Assembly (NCBI GenBank): GCA_028286725.1 | Contig: JAQBQZ010000007.1 | Location: 71,262-135,261 of the forward strand | Direction: 5' to 3' | DNA from: Candidatus Tayloriibacteriota bacterium | GTDB taxonomy: Bacteria > Patescibacteriota > Minisyncoccia > Phycocordibacterales > CAIRYW01 | Length of the DNA stretch: 64,000 nucleotides | Part shown: positions 38,508 through 49,345 of the stretch, one piece after another | Layout: the number at the start of each line of letters is the position of its first letter | Numbering within the stretch: the stretch's first letter is position 1 | Position numbers and translations under genes: made by a program | The notes under the pieces: generated by a model | What the model saw: the letters and a program-made list of their open reading frames with translations, nothing else | Database searches by the model: none | Told to the model about the DNA's origin: nothing

Positions 38508-39035
38508 ATGGAATATATTGATGTGTTGGATGAGAATGGAAATAATACAGGCGAAGTAAGATCAAGGGACGAAGTTCATGAAAAAGGACTTTGGCATAGG
38601 TCTGTGCATGTATGGTTTGTAAATGAAAATAACGAAGTGCTTTTACAGCTTCGATCTAAATCAAAGGAAATTAATCCTGGATCTTGGGATATCTCAGCTG
38701 CGGGACACGCTGTCGCCGGAGATGAAAGTATTGAGGCTGCGGAGAGGGAAATTTTCGAAGAAATTGGTGTTGTAATTTCCGGAAACCAATTAGTTTTTCT
38801 TGGTCAGATAAAAAAGACCTCGATCCATAAAGATGGGTTGTATATCAATAATCAATTTGATGATATCTATCTTGTAAAAACTAATCTGAAACTATCCGAT
38901 TTTAAATTTAATGATGGGGAAGTTGAGAAGGTGGAATATATCCCACTTGAAACATTAAAGGAATGGGTAAAGAATGGGAAAACTGATTTGGTGCCTCACC
39001 CAGACGAGTACGAACTTTTGTTTAAATCTATATAA
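38508..39035 (+). CDS. NUDIX hydrolase (IPP-isomerase-like/YfcD subfamily)
   Basis: GLWHRSVHV, LQLRS..K..NPG.WD.SAAGH, AAEREIFEEIG; start is ATG 38508. Confidence 0.88.
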   Translation: MEYIDVLDENGNNTGEVRSRDEVHEKGLWHRSVHVWFVNENNEVLLQLRSKSKEINPGSWDISAAGHAVAGDESIEAAEREIFEEIGVVISGNQLVFLGQIKKTSIHKDGLYINNQFDDIYLVKTNLKLSDFKFNDGEVEKVEYIPLETLKEWVKNGKTDLVPHPDEYELLFKSI

Positions 39036-39086
39036 ATAAAAAACCCGACGGTCGAAACCGAAGGGTGTAAGTGGAATCTCTCGAAA

Positions 39087-39563
39087 CTAATGAGCCTCTG
39101 GATCCGTGACACGAATATCGAGGATGAGCGGGAACATGCCGATGCATAGTTGTTGTTCCTCGGTTGTCGCCAAGGCATGTGCCCGCGTGATTGCATCAAG
39201 AGTTTCTTGTTTGTCCACAAATCCGAAAAGGGTATTTGGGTATTGAAGCAAAAGAGAAACTTTCTCGCCGCAAACTTCGTGTTCGAAAGACTTGTCTTGA
39301 CGATCCGATTTCCAGATATGGCGCAGGATTTTTTCCCGAGTTATTTGGGCCGGCTCGCCAATAACTGGCATTTCGCCAGGCGGAGCATCATTGATAAGCC
39401 CCCAAACTTTGCTGAGGAGCAAGGTCGCACCGGTTTCCCAGAGCAGGGCGAGCTCGTCTGCTTCTTTTGTGTTTTTGCGGAAGTGATTGATAATCATCCA
39501 AACAGTTCCGCTGAAAGTGATGGCTGCCAGGATCCAGCAGATGGTATTAGTGTCGAATTTCAT
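39087..39563 (-). CDS. Orphan cassette-type membrane-anchored protein (158 aa)
   Basis: N-terminal TM; promoter TAGACA-N17-CATTAT; terminator ccc..cggt-ttcg-accg..ggg-Tn. Confidence 0.6.
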   Translation of the reverse strand: MKFDTNTICWILAAITFSGTVWMIINHFRKNTKEADELALLWETGATLLLSKVWGLINDAPPGEMPVIGEPAQITREKILRHIWKSDRQDKSFEHEVCGEKVSLLLQYPNTLFGFVDKQETLDAITRAHALATTEEQQLCIGMFPLILDIRVTDPEAH

Positions 39564-39682
39564 AATGATGTGGTCGAGGTTCGAGAGTTAAAGAGCTGAG
39601 AAACCCATAATGACATAAATTATCGGTTTTGTCTATTTATAAACTGTACTAAAAGAGGTGACTGGCCGTCACATTTAATATC

Positions 39683-40276
39683 ATGATGAATATGAAAAAA
39701 CTTGGCGGGGGATGGCAACACGAAGTCTTCGATATGGGAAACGGAAGGGTCTACAAGAAATTTAGATCTCCTTTGAATAGGTTTTTTCATATTTATTTTA
39801 ATTCCGAAGTTCCATTCTATAGAATAAATAAGGAATCCAAAAGAATGGTCCTTGAAGTGACTCGTTCCTTTGCAATCTTAAAGGAAAACAAAATATCGCC
39901 TGAACTTATTGGCAATCCAGAGCTTCTCCCGAATTTTGATTATATTCAAGACAAAGTGATCCCGCTCCAGAAAGTGTTGAATCAGTATGATACTCCAAAA
40001 GCAAAAGAAATTGTTGATGATTTTATCGTGCTTAACAAAAAGATGCTTCAGCTTGGATTTATTGATCTTAGCTTCAAGATTGCTGTCAATTTTGGACTGA
40101 CAATCGACGGAAGAATAATTCTCACTGATATCGGAGAAATCGTTACTGATCCACAAAGAATAATAAGGCAAAGAAAAGTCCGAGATTGGCATTCTGATTA
40201 TGTGAGCGATCAGATCAGAAACTTGGAAGTTAGAAGATACTATCAAGATCAGATGGATCTGCATTTTGGATTATAA
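39683..40276 (+). CDS. Kinase-like hypothetical protein
   Basis: LGGGWQHEV Gly-loop, VYKK, NFG...ILTDIGE (DFG-like). Confidence 0.55.
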   Translation: MMNMKKLGGGWQHEVFDMGNGRVYKKFRSPLNRFFHIYFNSEVPFYRINKESKRMVLEVTRSFAILKENKISPELIGNPELLPNFDYIQDKVIPLQKVLNQYDTPKAKEIVDDFIVLNKKMLQLGFIDLSFKIAVNFGLTIDGRIILTDIGEIVTDPQRIIRQRKVRDWHSDYVSDQIRNLEVRRYYQDQMDLHFGL

Positions 40277-40324
40277 ATTCAATATTAAAAAACTGCAGAG
40301 ACTTTTGTCTTGTGCAGTGTAGAC

Positions 40325-40405
40325 TCATTTAAATAAATAGCGATTCCCGAGTGAGTAAATCGCTATGATGACGAGTATAGTCAACATCATTTCGAAATCA
40401 CTCAT
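40325..40405 (-). CDS. 26-aa hydrophobic microprotein (cassette-type, not in ORF track)
   Basis: MSDFEMMLTILVIIAIYSLGNRYLFK*; promoter TTGTAT-N17-TATATT; terminator at ~40287-40319. Confidence 0.45.
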   Translation of the reverse strand: MSDFEMMLTILVIIAIYSLGNRYLFK

Positions 40406-40513
40406 AATGGGTTTTGTTCTTTTAAAATATACAGGAGAATTAAGTGATATACAAGATATTAAAATGAGTGGAACCCTGTCGCCAAGGGGTTGGGCGACAG
40501 GGTTCCGGGCGGT

Positions 40514-40651
40514 TCACGGCTTGTGTTTGGTTCGGGTTACATTATCCTGGTAGTATAGGTCAATCGCTCGATTGAGTAACCAGGCAGATAGAATGAGACC
40601 TGTAGCTCCAATGAGAAGGAGGTCCCAGTTAGTTTGGATGTACTCGAACAT
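40514..40651 (-). CDS. 45-aa single-TM microprotein (cassette-type, not in ORF track)
   Basis: MFEYIQTNWDLLLIGATGLILSAWLLNRAIDLYYQDNVTRTKHKP*; 14-bp stem at 40470-40506 follows. Confidence 0.55.
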   Translation of the reverse strand: MFEYIQTNWDLLLIGATGLILSAWLLNRAIDLYYQDNVTRTKHKP

Positions 40652-40777
40652 AAATAACAGGGGCAGATTTTAATATAACACATATGACCGAGATACAAAC
40701 CTGTTCATAACTTTTTAGCCATTATTAAGCGCGATTAATTCATGATATAATTTTATAACTACAAATAACGCAATATT

Positions 40778-43021
40778 ATGATTCTCATAACCATTCTCTT
40801 GTTTCTTTTATTTATCCATCAAGGAGTAAGGCTTGGGCGACTGGAAGGTGAGGTGGCAAAATTGAAATCACAGCCTCATATTTTTACTCCTAGTGCTAAT
40901 CAGGTGGTTTCAAATCAAACTCCTGTTGCCACAGAATCTCAAAAACAAGAAATATATAGTGAGATTGCAAAAACAGATATTCCTGTCTACGCATCAGTTT
41001 CTTCTCCTGTAGACATCTCATCTCCTGTAATAGCAACTGAAAAAAAAGAAGCAGACAATACTGAATTCACATTTGGTACTCAGATTATTTCTGGTGTGGG
41101 TATTTTGGCAGTAGTTCTAGGAGTTGGATTTTTCTTGCGATATGCATTCGATACCGGACTTATTACGGTAGGTATGAGACTATTTTTGGGATTCTTGCTT
41201 GGACTATTGTCACTTGGAGCAGGTCATATACTCAGCAAAAAATTCGCAAGCTATGGATTTGGTCTCATAGGTCTCGCTCTTGCGTCTTGGTATGTTACAG
41301 CTTATGCAGCGTTCGCTTTCTATGGTGTGATAAGTGAACCTACTTCAATGTTACTTTCCGTCATTATTACTGCAATAGGTATTTGTTTGTCTATCGCATA
41401 CAACTCCGAATCATTGATTAGATTCTCGCTTTTGGGTGGCTATATTGTTCCATTTATATTCACAGGGGTTGATTCAATACACTTTAAGTTTGTATATCTC
41501 ATCATTCTTAATCTTTCAGTGCTCATTATTGCAAGATTTAAAACATGGCCAAAGCTCACCATGTTTGGTCTCGTGTTTACATTCTTTATCTCTCTCATGT
41601 TGTCATCAACAGAAGCGGCAAAAATGATCACACCTCAAGCATTTGTCTATCTTACAATTTTGTTCTTGATCTATCTTGTTTCAAGTGTCAAAAATGTTTT
41701 GTATAACAATGAAGATCATCAAAGTGTTAATGCGCTGTTATCATATGGAATACCTGTTTTTTACTTCTTGTGTGGAATGCCTTTGCTCACCAACAAGGAT
41801 GAATATACATTGCTTTCACTTTTTATTGGTATATTCTACGTAATATTTTCAATCATTTTTCGCGTTTTGTTTAATAAATTTAAAGATTTTGAAATAATTA
41901 GTAATGTTCTGGCGACTATCGGAAGTATGTTTTTATTGCTTGCAACCGCGCTGCATTTTGAAGGTCGAACACTCGACATGTTCTTGATTACAGAAGCTAT
42001 TATTCTTGTGGTAATCGGTAGTTTGATGAAATCAATTGGACACAGAATTATTGGGATACTACTTGCAGGATTTATGGCTCTAAAGGTTTTTTCAAACAAT
42101 TATGTATTCTCTGACAATGCTGTCGCACTATTTAATGAAAGAGCGCTTGAGTTTGGATATATCACAATTGCGTATGCCATTATCTGGTATGTTTATAAAT
42201 TCTTTGAATCGAGAGATCTTTTTGAAGAGAAGGGTTTTGGTGGGATAGTATCATCAGTTGGATTATTCTTTATTCCATTTATCTGGGTTAATCTTGAGGT
42301 GTTCAAATTTGGACCAGTAAATTTCTCTAATTCTCTACCTATACTGTGGTCTTTATACGCACTATTGTTTATTACAGCATCTTTCTTGTGCAAAGAATTT
42401 TTGTTTCGTGTTCTTTCTTATGCTGTACTCGCCGGCTCTGTACTGGTAATGGTTGTGGCGATGTGGTCATTAGCGAGTAGCGATTACACGCCAATATTTA
42501 ATATTAGATTGTTATCAGTACTTGTCATACTTACTGTTTTGACTCTAGTTTTGGCTATGATTCGTTCATATAAAAATGATTTGACCGAGGATGAATTGCA
42601 AATTTCAAAACCATTTTATTTTATTATAAACGGAATATTATTGTGGGGGCTTAGTCTCGAGGTTGTTGATTATTACAATTACCAAATTGCATCCTCTGCA
42701 GGAAATGCTGATGAATCTAAGTCACTCGAAAATACCAAAAGAGTTGGGCTATCGATTTTGTGGCTCGTATATGCCTCTGTATCAATTGCATATGGAATAA
42801 TAAAGAGAAATCCAATCATAAGGCAGGCATCTATTGTTTTGCTTGCCGTCACTGTGTTCAAAATATTCCTTTACGATACAACAAATCTTGATGATATATA
42901 TAGATTTATATCGTTCATTACACTTGGTGTTATTTTGCTTTTGGTTGGATTTGCGTACAATAGATTCAAAAGTAGAATTATTGAATTTGTTGGAGTGGAG
43001 AGTGCTAATAAATTAGATTAA
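40778..43021 (+). CDS. DUF2339 family polytopic membrane protein
   Basis: G....VLGVGFFLRYA, many TM helices, KIFLYD...L...YRFISFI.LG. Confidence 0.88.
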   Translation: MILITILLFLLFIHQGVRLGRLEGEVAKLKSQPHIFTPSANQVVSNQTPVATESQKQEIYSEIAKTDIPVYASVSSPVDISSPVIATEKKEADNTEFTFGTQIISGVGILAVVLGVGFFLRYAFDTGLITVGMRLFLGFLLGLLSLGAGHILSKKFASYGFGLIGLALASWYVTAYAAFAFYGVISEPTSMLLSVIITAIGICLSIAYNSESLIRFSLLGGYIVPFIFTGVDSIHFKFVYLIILNLSVLIIARFKTWPKLTMFGLVFTFFISLMLSSTEAAKMITPQAFVYLTILFLIYLVSSVKNVLYNNEDHQSVNALLSYGIPVFYFLCGMPLLTNKDEYTLLSLFIGIFYVIFSIIFRVLFNKFKDFEIISNVLATIGSMFLLLATALHFEGRTLDMFLITEAIILVVIGSLMKSIGHRIIGILLAGFMALKVFSNNYVFSDNAVALFNERALEFGYITIAYAIIWYVYKFFESRDLFEEKGFGGIVSSVGLFFIPFIWVNLEVFKFGPVNFSNSLPILWSLYALLFITASFLCKEFLFRVLSYAVLAGSVLVMVVAMWSLASSDYTPIFNIRLLSVLVILTVLTLVLAMIRSYKNDLTEDELQISKPFYFIINGILLWGLSLEVVDYYNYQIASSAGNADESKSLENTKRVGLSILWLVYASVSIAYGIIKRNPIIRQASIVLLAVTVFKIFLYDTTNLDDIYRFISFITLGVILLLVGFAYNRFKSRIIEFVGVESANKLD

Positions 43022-43037
43022 TTAAATTCATATTATT

Positions 43038-43436
43038 ATGGGAAGTAAAACTTGGAAAACTATTGGTATTATTTTTGTAGTGTATGTCATCATTTGGCTC
43101 TGGCCAGTGGTATTCCATCGTCCATTTTTTAATAGTGATAACCAAGTAATTCCCGTAGATATTTCTCCTCGACCGCCTATGACTGGTTCTGGTGATGCTG
43201 ATTTCAAAGCTTATTCTTTACCTGAAGGTGCTGACACAGTACCACCGCCACTTTCAGTTCCGGCCCCAACTCCTTATAACCCAAGTAGTCCCGATCCTGT
43301 AGCGCCACCTCATTCGGCCGACGAACCAGGTAATCAAATGGTGGTATGTACTATGGAAGCAAAACAATGTCCTGATGGATCATATGTTGGACGACAAGGA
43401 CCAAAGTGTGAATTCGCACCTTGTCCTGGAAATTAA
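43038..43436 (+). CDS. Membrane-anchored Pro-rich protein with a small Cys module
   Basis: CTMEAKQCPDGSYVGRQGPKCEFAPCP, a motif frequent in CPR proteins. Confidence 0.8.
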   Translation: MGSKTWKTIGIIFVVYVIIWLWPVVFHRPFFNSDNQVIPVDISPRPPMTGSGDADFKAYSLPEGADTVPPPLSVPAPTPYNPSSPDPVAPPHSADEPGNQMVVCTMEAKQCPDGSYVGRQGPKCEFAPCPGN

Positions 43437-43449
43437 ATTTTAAATTCAC

Positions 43450-43866
43450 GTGTCACTTAACAAAAAAATCTTCAAAGCATACGATGTTCGTGGAATATAT
43501 CCCGCGGATGTAAATACTGAATCTATAACAGTGATCGCTCATTCGCTCGCGACACTTCTTCCGTCTGGAAGTATTGTTGTGGCGCGGGATGGGCGACATG
43601 GGGGTGAAGAGCTTGCTGGTGTTGTTGAGAAAGAGATTGTAAGTTTTGGAGAGGCTCTCGGCAAGAAATTTGAGATTATTTCTGTGGGACTTTCGACGAC
43701 TCCTATGTTTTATTTCCTCGTCAATCACTTTAATGCATCAGGTGGTGCAATGATCACAGCATCTCACAATCCAAAAGAATACAGCGGTGTCAAAGCAGTC
43801 AAAGAAAAAGCGCTGCCTTTCAGTGGTATAGAATTACTTAAAACAATAGAAGAACATGGAATATAA
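43450..43866 (+). CDS. Phosphomannomutase/phosphoglucomutase, domain I (split gene)
   Basis: FKAYDVRG, RDGR, TTP, catalytic TASHNP. Confidence 0.9.
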   Translation: MSLNKKIFKAYDVRGIYPADVNTESITVIAHSLATLLPSGSIVVARDGRHGGEELAGVVEKEIVSFGEALGKKFEIISVGLSTTPMFYFLVNHFNASGGAMITASHNPKEYSGVKAVKEKALPFSGIELLKTIEEHGI

Positions 43867-44737
43867 AAATATTTACATAGATTTTTTGAAAGAGAAGATA
43901 AAAGTTGGCAAGCCATTGACTGTTGTATTTGATGCGTCAAATGGTCCTGCGGGAATGATCATCAAAGATCTGTTTGTTGATACCAGTGTGAATGCAATTG
44001 TGATCAATGATGAAATCGATCCTGATTTTAAAGCTCATGGACCAAATCCGCTCCTTCCAGGTGCAAGCGATCAGTGTAAAAAAATGATACTCGAAAACAG
44101 CGCCGATCTCGGTGTGATGTTTGATGCTGATGCAGATCGAGCATTCTTTTTGGATGACAAAGGTGAAATGATACCTGCTTGTTTTGTAGTCGGACTTTTG
44201 AAGAGTGAATTTAATCCTCCGTATATCCTCGATGAACTTGTATATCAATCTGTGAGACTCCTGAAGCTCGTAGAAGAGGATCAAATGGTTCCGTCGAGAA
44301 TTGGTGCATATTTCATCAAAGAAACGCTCAGAGGCCAAAATGCGGACTTTGGAGCAGAATATTCTGGACATTATTACTTCAAAGAATTCTTTAATGCTGA
44401 TTCGGGGATATTTGCAGCTATTACTTTTTTGAATTCTGTTTCAAAGATGACAAAGTCACTTTCAGAATGGCAAAAAGAGTTTGAGGAGCATATTGTGACG
44501 ACAAAAGAAATCAAAACAGAAGGGAAGGATATGTCTGTGATTTATAGAGAAGTAGAAAAATTTTTGAGTGACAAGGCGAAGGGTTTAGATAGGCGAGATG
44601 GACTCACATTTATTTTTGATGATTTTTGGATGAATGTTCGATCATCAAATACTGAACCAATACTTCGAATTGTTGCAGGTGGAAAAGGGATGGAGGAAAC
44701 TACAAAAGAGATCGAACAGTTAATCACTGGACTATAA
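43856..44737 (+). CDS. Phosphomannomutase/phosphoglucomutase, domains II-IV (split gene)
   Basis: DASNG, FDADADR metal loop, AEYSGH, RSSNTEP. Confidence 0.9.
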   Translation: MEYKNIYIDFLKEKIKVGKPLTVVFDASNGPAGMIIKDLFVDTSVNAIVINDEIDPDFKAHGPNPLLPGASDQCKKMILENSADLGVMFDADADRAFFLDDKGEMIPACFVVGLLKSEFNPPYILDELVYQSVRLLKLVEEDQMVPSRIGAYFIKETLRGQNADFGAEYSGHYYFKEFFNADSGIFAAITFLNSVSKMTKSLSEWQKEFEEHIVTTKEIKTEGKDMSVIYREVEKFLSDKAKGLDRRDGLTFIFDDFWMNVRSSNTEPILRIVAGGKGMEETTKEIEQLITGL

Positions 44738-45291
44738 TGAAAGAAATAATTGAAACAATTAAATCAGGAGGAATAGGTGTAATACCAACAGACACGATGT
44801 ATGGAATCATTGGCGGTGCAATGAATAAAAAAACTGTAGAGCGAATCTATCTTGTTCGAAAAAGAACTCCTTCAAAACCACTTATTATTCTCATTTCTGA
44901 TATAAAGGATTTAGAAATTTTTAATATAAAAATTGATACAGAGCTAGAAAAGAAACTGAAAAAACTCTGGCCAAACAAAGTGAGTGTTATATTGCCGTGT
45001 CAGCAAAAAAAGTTTGAATACCTGCACAGAGGTACAAACAAGCTCGCGTTTCGACTGCCAAAAGACAAGAAGCTTCGAGAGTTTATTTCTATGACGGGAC
45101 CTATCGTTGCTCCGAGTGCAAATACTGAAGGGGACAAACCGTCAAAAAACATCAAGCAAGCGCAAAAATATTTTGGAGAGAGTGTAGACTTTTATTTAGA
45201 TAAAGGCGATCTGCCTATTGTACCTTCGACTATCGTTGAATTTGAAAATGATGTGTTGAAGATTCTTCGAAATGGTGCTGTCAAAATCTAA
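44737..45291 (+). CDS. tsaC: L-threonylcarbamoyladenylate synthase (Sua5/YrdC)
   Basis: PTDTMYG, KR...KP, PSAN, PSTIV. Confidence 0.93.
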   Translation: MKEIIETIKSGGIGVIPTDTMYGIIGGAMNKKTVERIYLVRKRTPSKPLIILISDIKDLEIFNIKIDTELEKKLKKLWPNKVSVILPCQQKKFEYLHRGTNKLAFRLPKDKKLREFISMTGPIVAPSANTEGDKPSKNIKQAQKYFGESVDFYLDKGDLPIVPSTIVEFENDVLKILRNGAVKI

Positions 45292-45351
45292 AAAAGTAGC
45301 AAAAATAAAGGTTTTTTGGTATAGTATTCTGAACAATAATTTTAAATTTCA

Positions 45352-46059
45352 ATGAAAAAACCTGTAAAAAAAGAGACAAAAAATGAGGTAATCGTGGTAT
45401 CAGTGGGAGGATCTCTTATTGTGCCAGAGGAGATTGAAATTAATTTCCTTTCTGCTTTGAAGGATCTTATTATCAGAGAAACGAAGAAGGGTAAAAGATT
45501 CATAATAATTACAGGTGGTGGGAAGGTTGCTCGTCAATATCAGCATGCTGCTAATTTGCTAGGAAGTTCAGAGACAGACGCAGACTGGATTGGGATTGCT
45601 TCAACTCGCCTTAATGGGGAATTGGTGCGATCGATCTTTGGTAAAATGGCGTACGACAAAGTGATTGATTCTGTCGCAGCTTTGCCTACAAAAAGTAAGC
45701 AGCCTGTAGTGATTGCTTGTGGTATTAGTCCTAAAGGATCGTCTGATAAGGCAGCAGTTTTCTTTGCAAAAAAGGCTAAAGCAAAAAAGATCATTAATCT
45801 TTCAAATATTGATTATGTCTATACTGCAGACCCAAAGCTTGATCCAACTGCAACAAAGATTGAAAGAACTACATGGAAAGAATTCAGAAAGATCATCCCA
45901 AAGAAATGGACTCCGGGAATGTCAGCACCATTTGACCCAATTGCTTCAAAAGAGGCTGAAAGTATTGGCATTGAGGTGGCGATCATAAATGGAAAGAAAC
46001 TAGGGGAGCTTGATAACTATTTGGCAGGTAAGGAATTTGTGGGAAGTTTGATAAAATAA
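45352..46059 (+). CDS. pyrH: UMP kinase (archaeal-like type)
   Basis: SVGGSL, GGGKVARQY, D.IGI..TRLN, P..SSD, DYVYTADP, PFDP.A. Confidence 0.9.
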   Translation: MKKPVKKETKNEVIVVSVGGSLIVPEEIEINFLSALKDLIIRETKKGKRFIIITGGGKVARQYQHAANLLGSSETDADWIGIASTRLNGELVRSIFGKMAYDKVIDSVAALPTKSKQPVVIACGISPKGSSDKAAVFFAKKAKAKKIINLSNIDYVYTADPKLDPTATKIERTTWKEFRKIIPKKWTPGMSAPFDPIASKEAESIGIEVAIINGKKLGELDNYLAGKEFVGSLIK

Positions 46060-46063
46060 AATT

Positions 46064-46351
46064 ATGATTTTAAATCCTAACCAATCTGAAGGTTTGAGAG
46101 ATATGGAAGGTCACATTGAATTACCGCTGGAGCCAGATTGGGATGATTTGTATGAGAAAGTTCTTCTTGATGCAGATCTAATACAAATGTGGGGTGATCT
46201 CAAGAATATGTATGCTCCAATACTCATGCAAAAAACCTTATGTGATGATATGGGTTGGGATGAGCAATCGAAAGTGGACTTTAACGAATACAAAACAAAA
46301 TTTGAATTAAAGTATAAAGAATTTCTATCAAGGTTAGATCAGATCGGATAA
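46064..46351 (+). CDS. Hypothetical protein
   Basis: 95-aa ORF in operon position, followed by a palindrome. Confidence 0.55.
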   Translation: MILNPNQSEGLRDMEGHIELPLEPDWDDLYEKVLLDADLIQMWGDLKNMYAPILMQKTLCDDMGWDEQSKVDFNEYKTKFELKYKEFLSRLDQIG

Positions 46352-46352
46352 T

Positions 46353-46382
46353 AACAAAACAGCGCCATGGCGCTGTTTTGTT
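46353..46382. terminator. Perfect 30-bp palindrome/terminator
   Basis: aacaaaacagcgcca|tggcgctgttttgtt. Confidence 0.8.
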
Positions 46383-46410
46383 TAAGTAAGTTTTGATACA
46401 ATACTTCCAT

Positions 46411-47148
46411 ATGGAAAACACAAAAAAGAATCAACTTATTATCCCTTCAGTTATTATTGGACTCGCGATTGTTATAACAAGTATTGTCTTAAATTACAGT
46501 GCGAGTTTATTTGCTAACAAAAACGATACAATCGCAGTCACTGGTACTGCAGAGCGTGTTGTTGATAGTGATACTGCGAAGTGGCAGATCACCGTCAATA
46601 TTCAGTCCAAAACTATTGAGGCGGGGACTCCACAAGTCAATTCTGCAGTTCAAAAAATTGAACAATATCTAACGTCACATAACATTAACCCATCTCAAGT
46701 AATCTTGGGAACGCTTAGTAATATTCAGCATTGTGTACTTTCTTCACAAGGATATGAGAATTGTTCACTCGGTATCTCAAGCTATACGCTAAACCAGACG
46801 ATTACAGTAGAGAGTGATGATGTAAAGAATATCGATCTTCTGTCAAAAGATATTACAACAAATCTTTCAAGTATTGATTACACCCAGAATGTTGAATACT
46901 ACTACAATAATCTGAAGAATATCCGTGCAGATATGCTAAGTGAGGCGACTAAGAATGCTCTCGATCGAGCTCAGAATGTAGCTGAAGCTGGTGGAGCGAA
47001 GATAGGCAAGATCACTTCGCTTTCATCTGGAGTATTTCAGGTGACAGCGGAAAACAGTGTGAACTATGATGACAGTGGATCATACGATACTTCAATCATT
47101 AAAAAGAAAATTACAGCAACAGTTAAGGCGAATTTTAGTGTAAGATAA
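46411..47148 (+). CDS. SIMPL (DUF541) domain protein
   Basis: I.VTG.AE..V.SD.A.W; EATKNA..RA..VA...G..IG. Confidence 0.88.
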   Translation: MENTKKNQLIIPSVIIGLAIVITSIVLNYSASLFANKNDTIAVTGTAERVVDSDTAKWQITVNIQSKTIEAGTPQVNSAVQKIEQYLTSHNINPSQVILGTLSNIQHCVLSSQGYENCSLGISSYTLNQTITVESDDVKNIDLLSKDITTNLSSIDYTQNVEYYYNNLKNIRADMLSEATKNALDRAQNVAEAGGAKIGKITSLSSGVFQVTAENSVNYDDSGSYDTSIIKKKITATVKANFSVR

Positions 47149-47154
47149 TTATTT

Positions 47155-47199
47155 AAATTAAAACAGCACCGAGGCAAAGCCTCGGTGCTGTTTTAATTT
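47155..47199. terminator. Bidirectional terminator between convergent SIMPL and atp operon
   Basis: aaattaaaacagcaccgaggc-aaa-gcctcggtgctgttttaattt. Confidence 0.9.
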
Positions 47200-47204
47200 T
47201 GAAT

Positions 47205-47426
47205 TTAATTTATCAAAACCACCACCTTATTATTCCCAATCTCTGCAAAACCTCCATTAATCACCACAGTCTGATCTTTGAATTTGACCTCTCCAGCTTT
47301 GAGAGTGGTGATGAGTGGTATATGGTGCTCGAGCACTGTGATCTCTCCACCTGTTGCAGGTAGAGTTACTTGAGGCACTGTCCCTTCATATTTTGTTCCT
47401 TCGAGTGAATAAATTTTTAGTTCCAT
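47205..47426 (-). CDS. atpC: ATP synthase epsilon (N-terminal beta domain only)
   Basis: LP...GEITVL..HIPLIT.L..G, GGFAEI. Confidence 0.9.
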   Translation of the reverse strand: MELKIYSLEGTKYEGTVPQVTLPATGGEITVLEHHIPLITTLKAGEVKFKDQTVVINGGFAEIGNNKVVVLIN

Positions 47427-47431
47427 ATAAT

Positions 47432-47911
47432 TTATGATAATTGTGTATCTTTACAACGCTTTTGTAAAGAAAATAATAGACCGTTACTCCATAAAACAAA
47501 AGGATTGGTGCCTTTTTTTGTTACAAAAGTAGGGAGGATAATTATCTCACTATTTTTTAAGTATAGTAGAAAAATAGGCTCAAAACTCATACTTATCATA
47601 CTCTGTGCAAAAAAAGGTCTCTTTATCTTTTCAACATCACTCCATCTGATTTCTCTTTTTTGTTTCCCTTTTGTGATGATTATGGAATTATCAGAAACTT
47701 CAATATGTTTTCTAGGGTAAAATATTGTCCAAATAAGTGCTAATCCCCCTATTAACAGTAATATCCAAGGAAATTTAGTGGTTAGAGTATACATTAAATC
47801 CCCAGGATATTTTGGAGTTGGAGACAGAAACCCTCTTGTAAAAAATCCACTTACAATAATAAGAATTGATAAAAACAATAAGTAAATTCTATTTTCGTAA
47901 TATTTTTCCAT
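47432..47911 (-). CDS. Hypothetical membrane protein (two TM helices plus PH-like domain) inside the atp operon
   Basis: Two TM helices, I.W..V.KI motif; very AT-rich. Confidence 0.65.
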   Translation of the reverse strand: MEKYYENRIYLLFLSILIIVSGFFTRGFLSPTPKYPGDLMYTLTTKFPWILLLIGGLALIWTIFYPRKHIEVSDNSIIITKGKQKREIRWSDVEKIKRPFFAQSMISMSFEPIFLLYLKNSEIIILPTFVTKKGTNPFVLWSNGLLFSLQKRCKDTQLS

Positions 47912-47916
47912 ATATT

Positions 47917-49323
<1,407 letters not shown>

Positions 49324-49345
49324 TTATTTATAATTTTTTATTAAT

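Noticed and set aside
45352-46059. Archaeal-like UMP kinase as a novelty
   Set aside because: This type is, to my knowledge, common in CPR genomes, so it is not unusual here.
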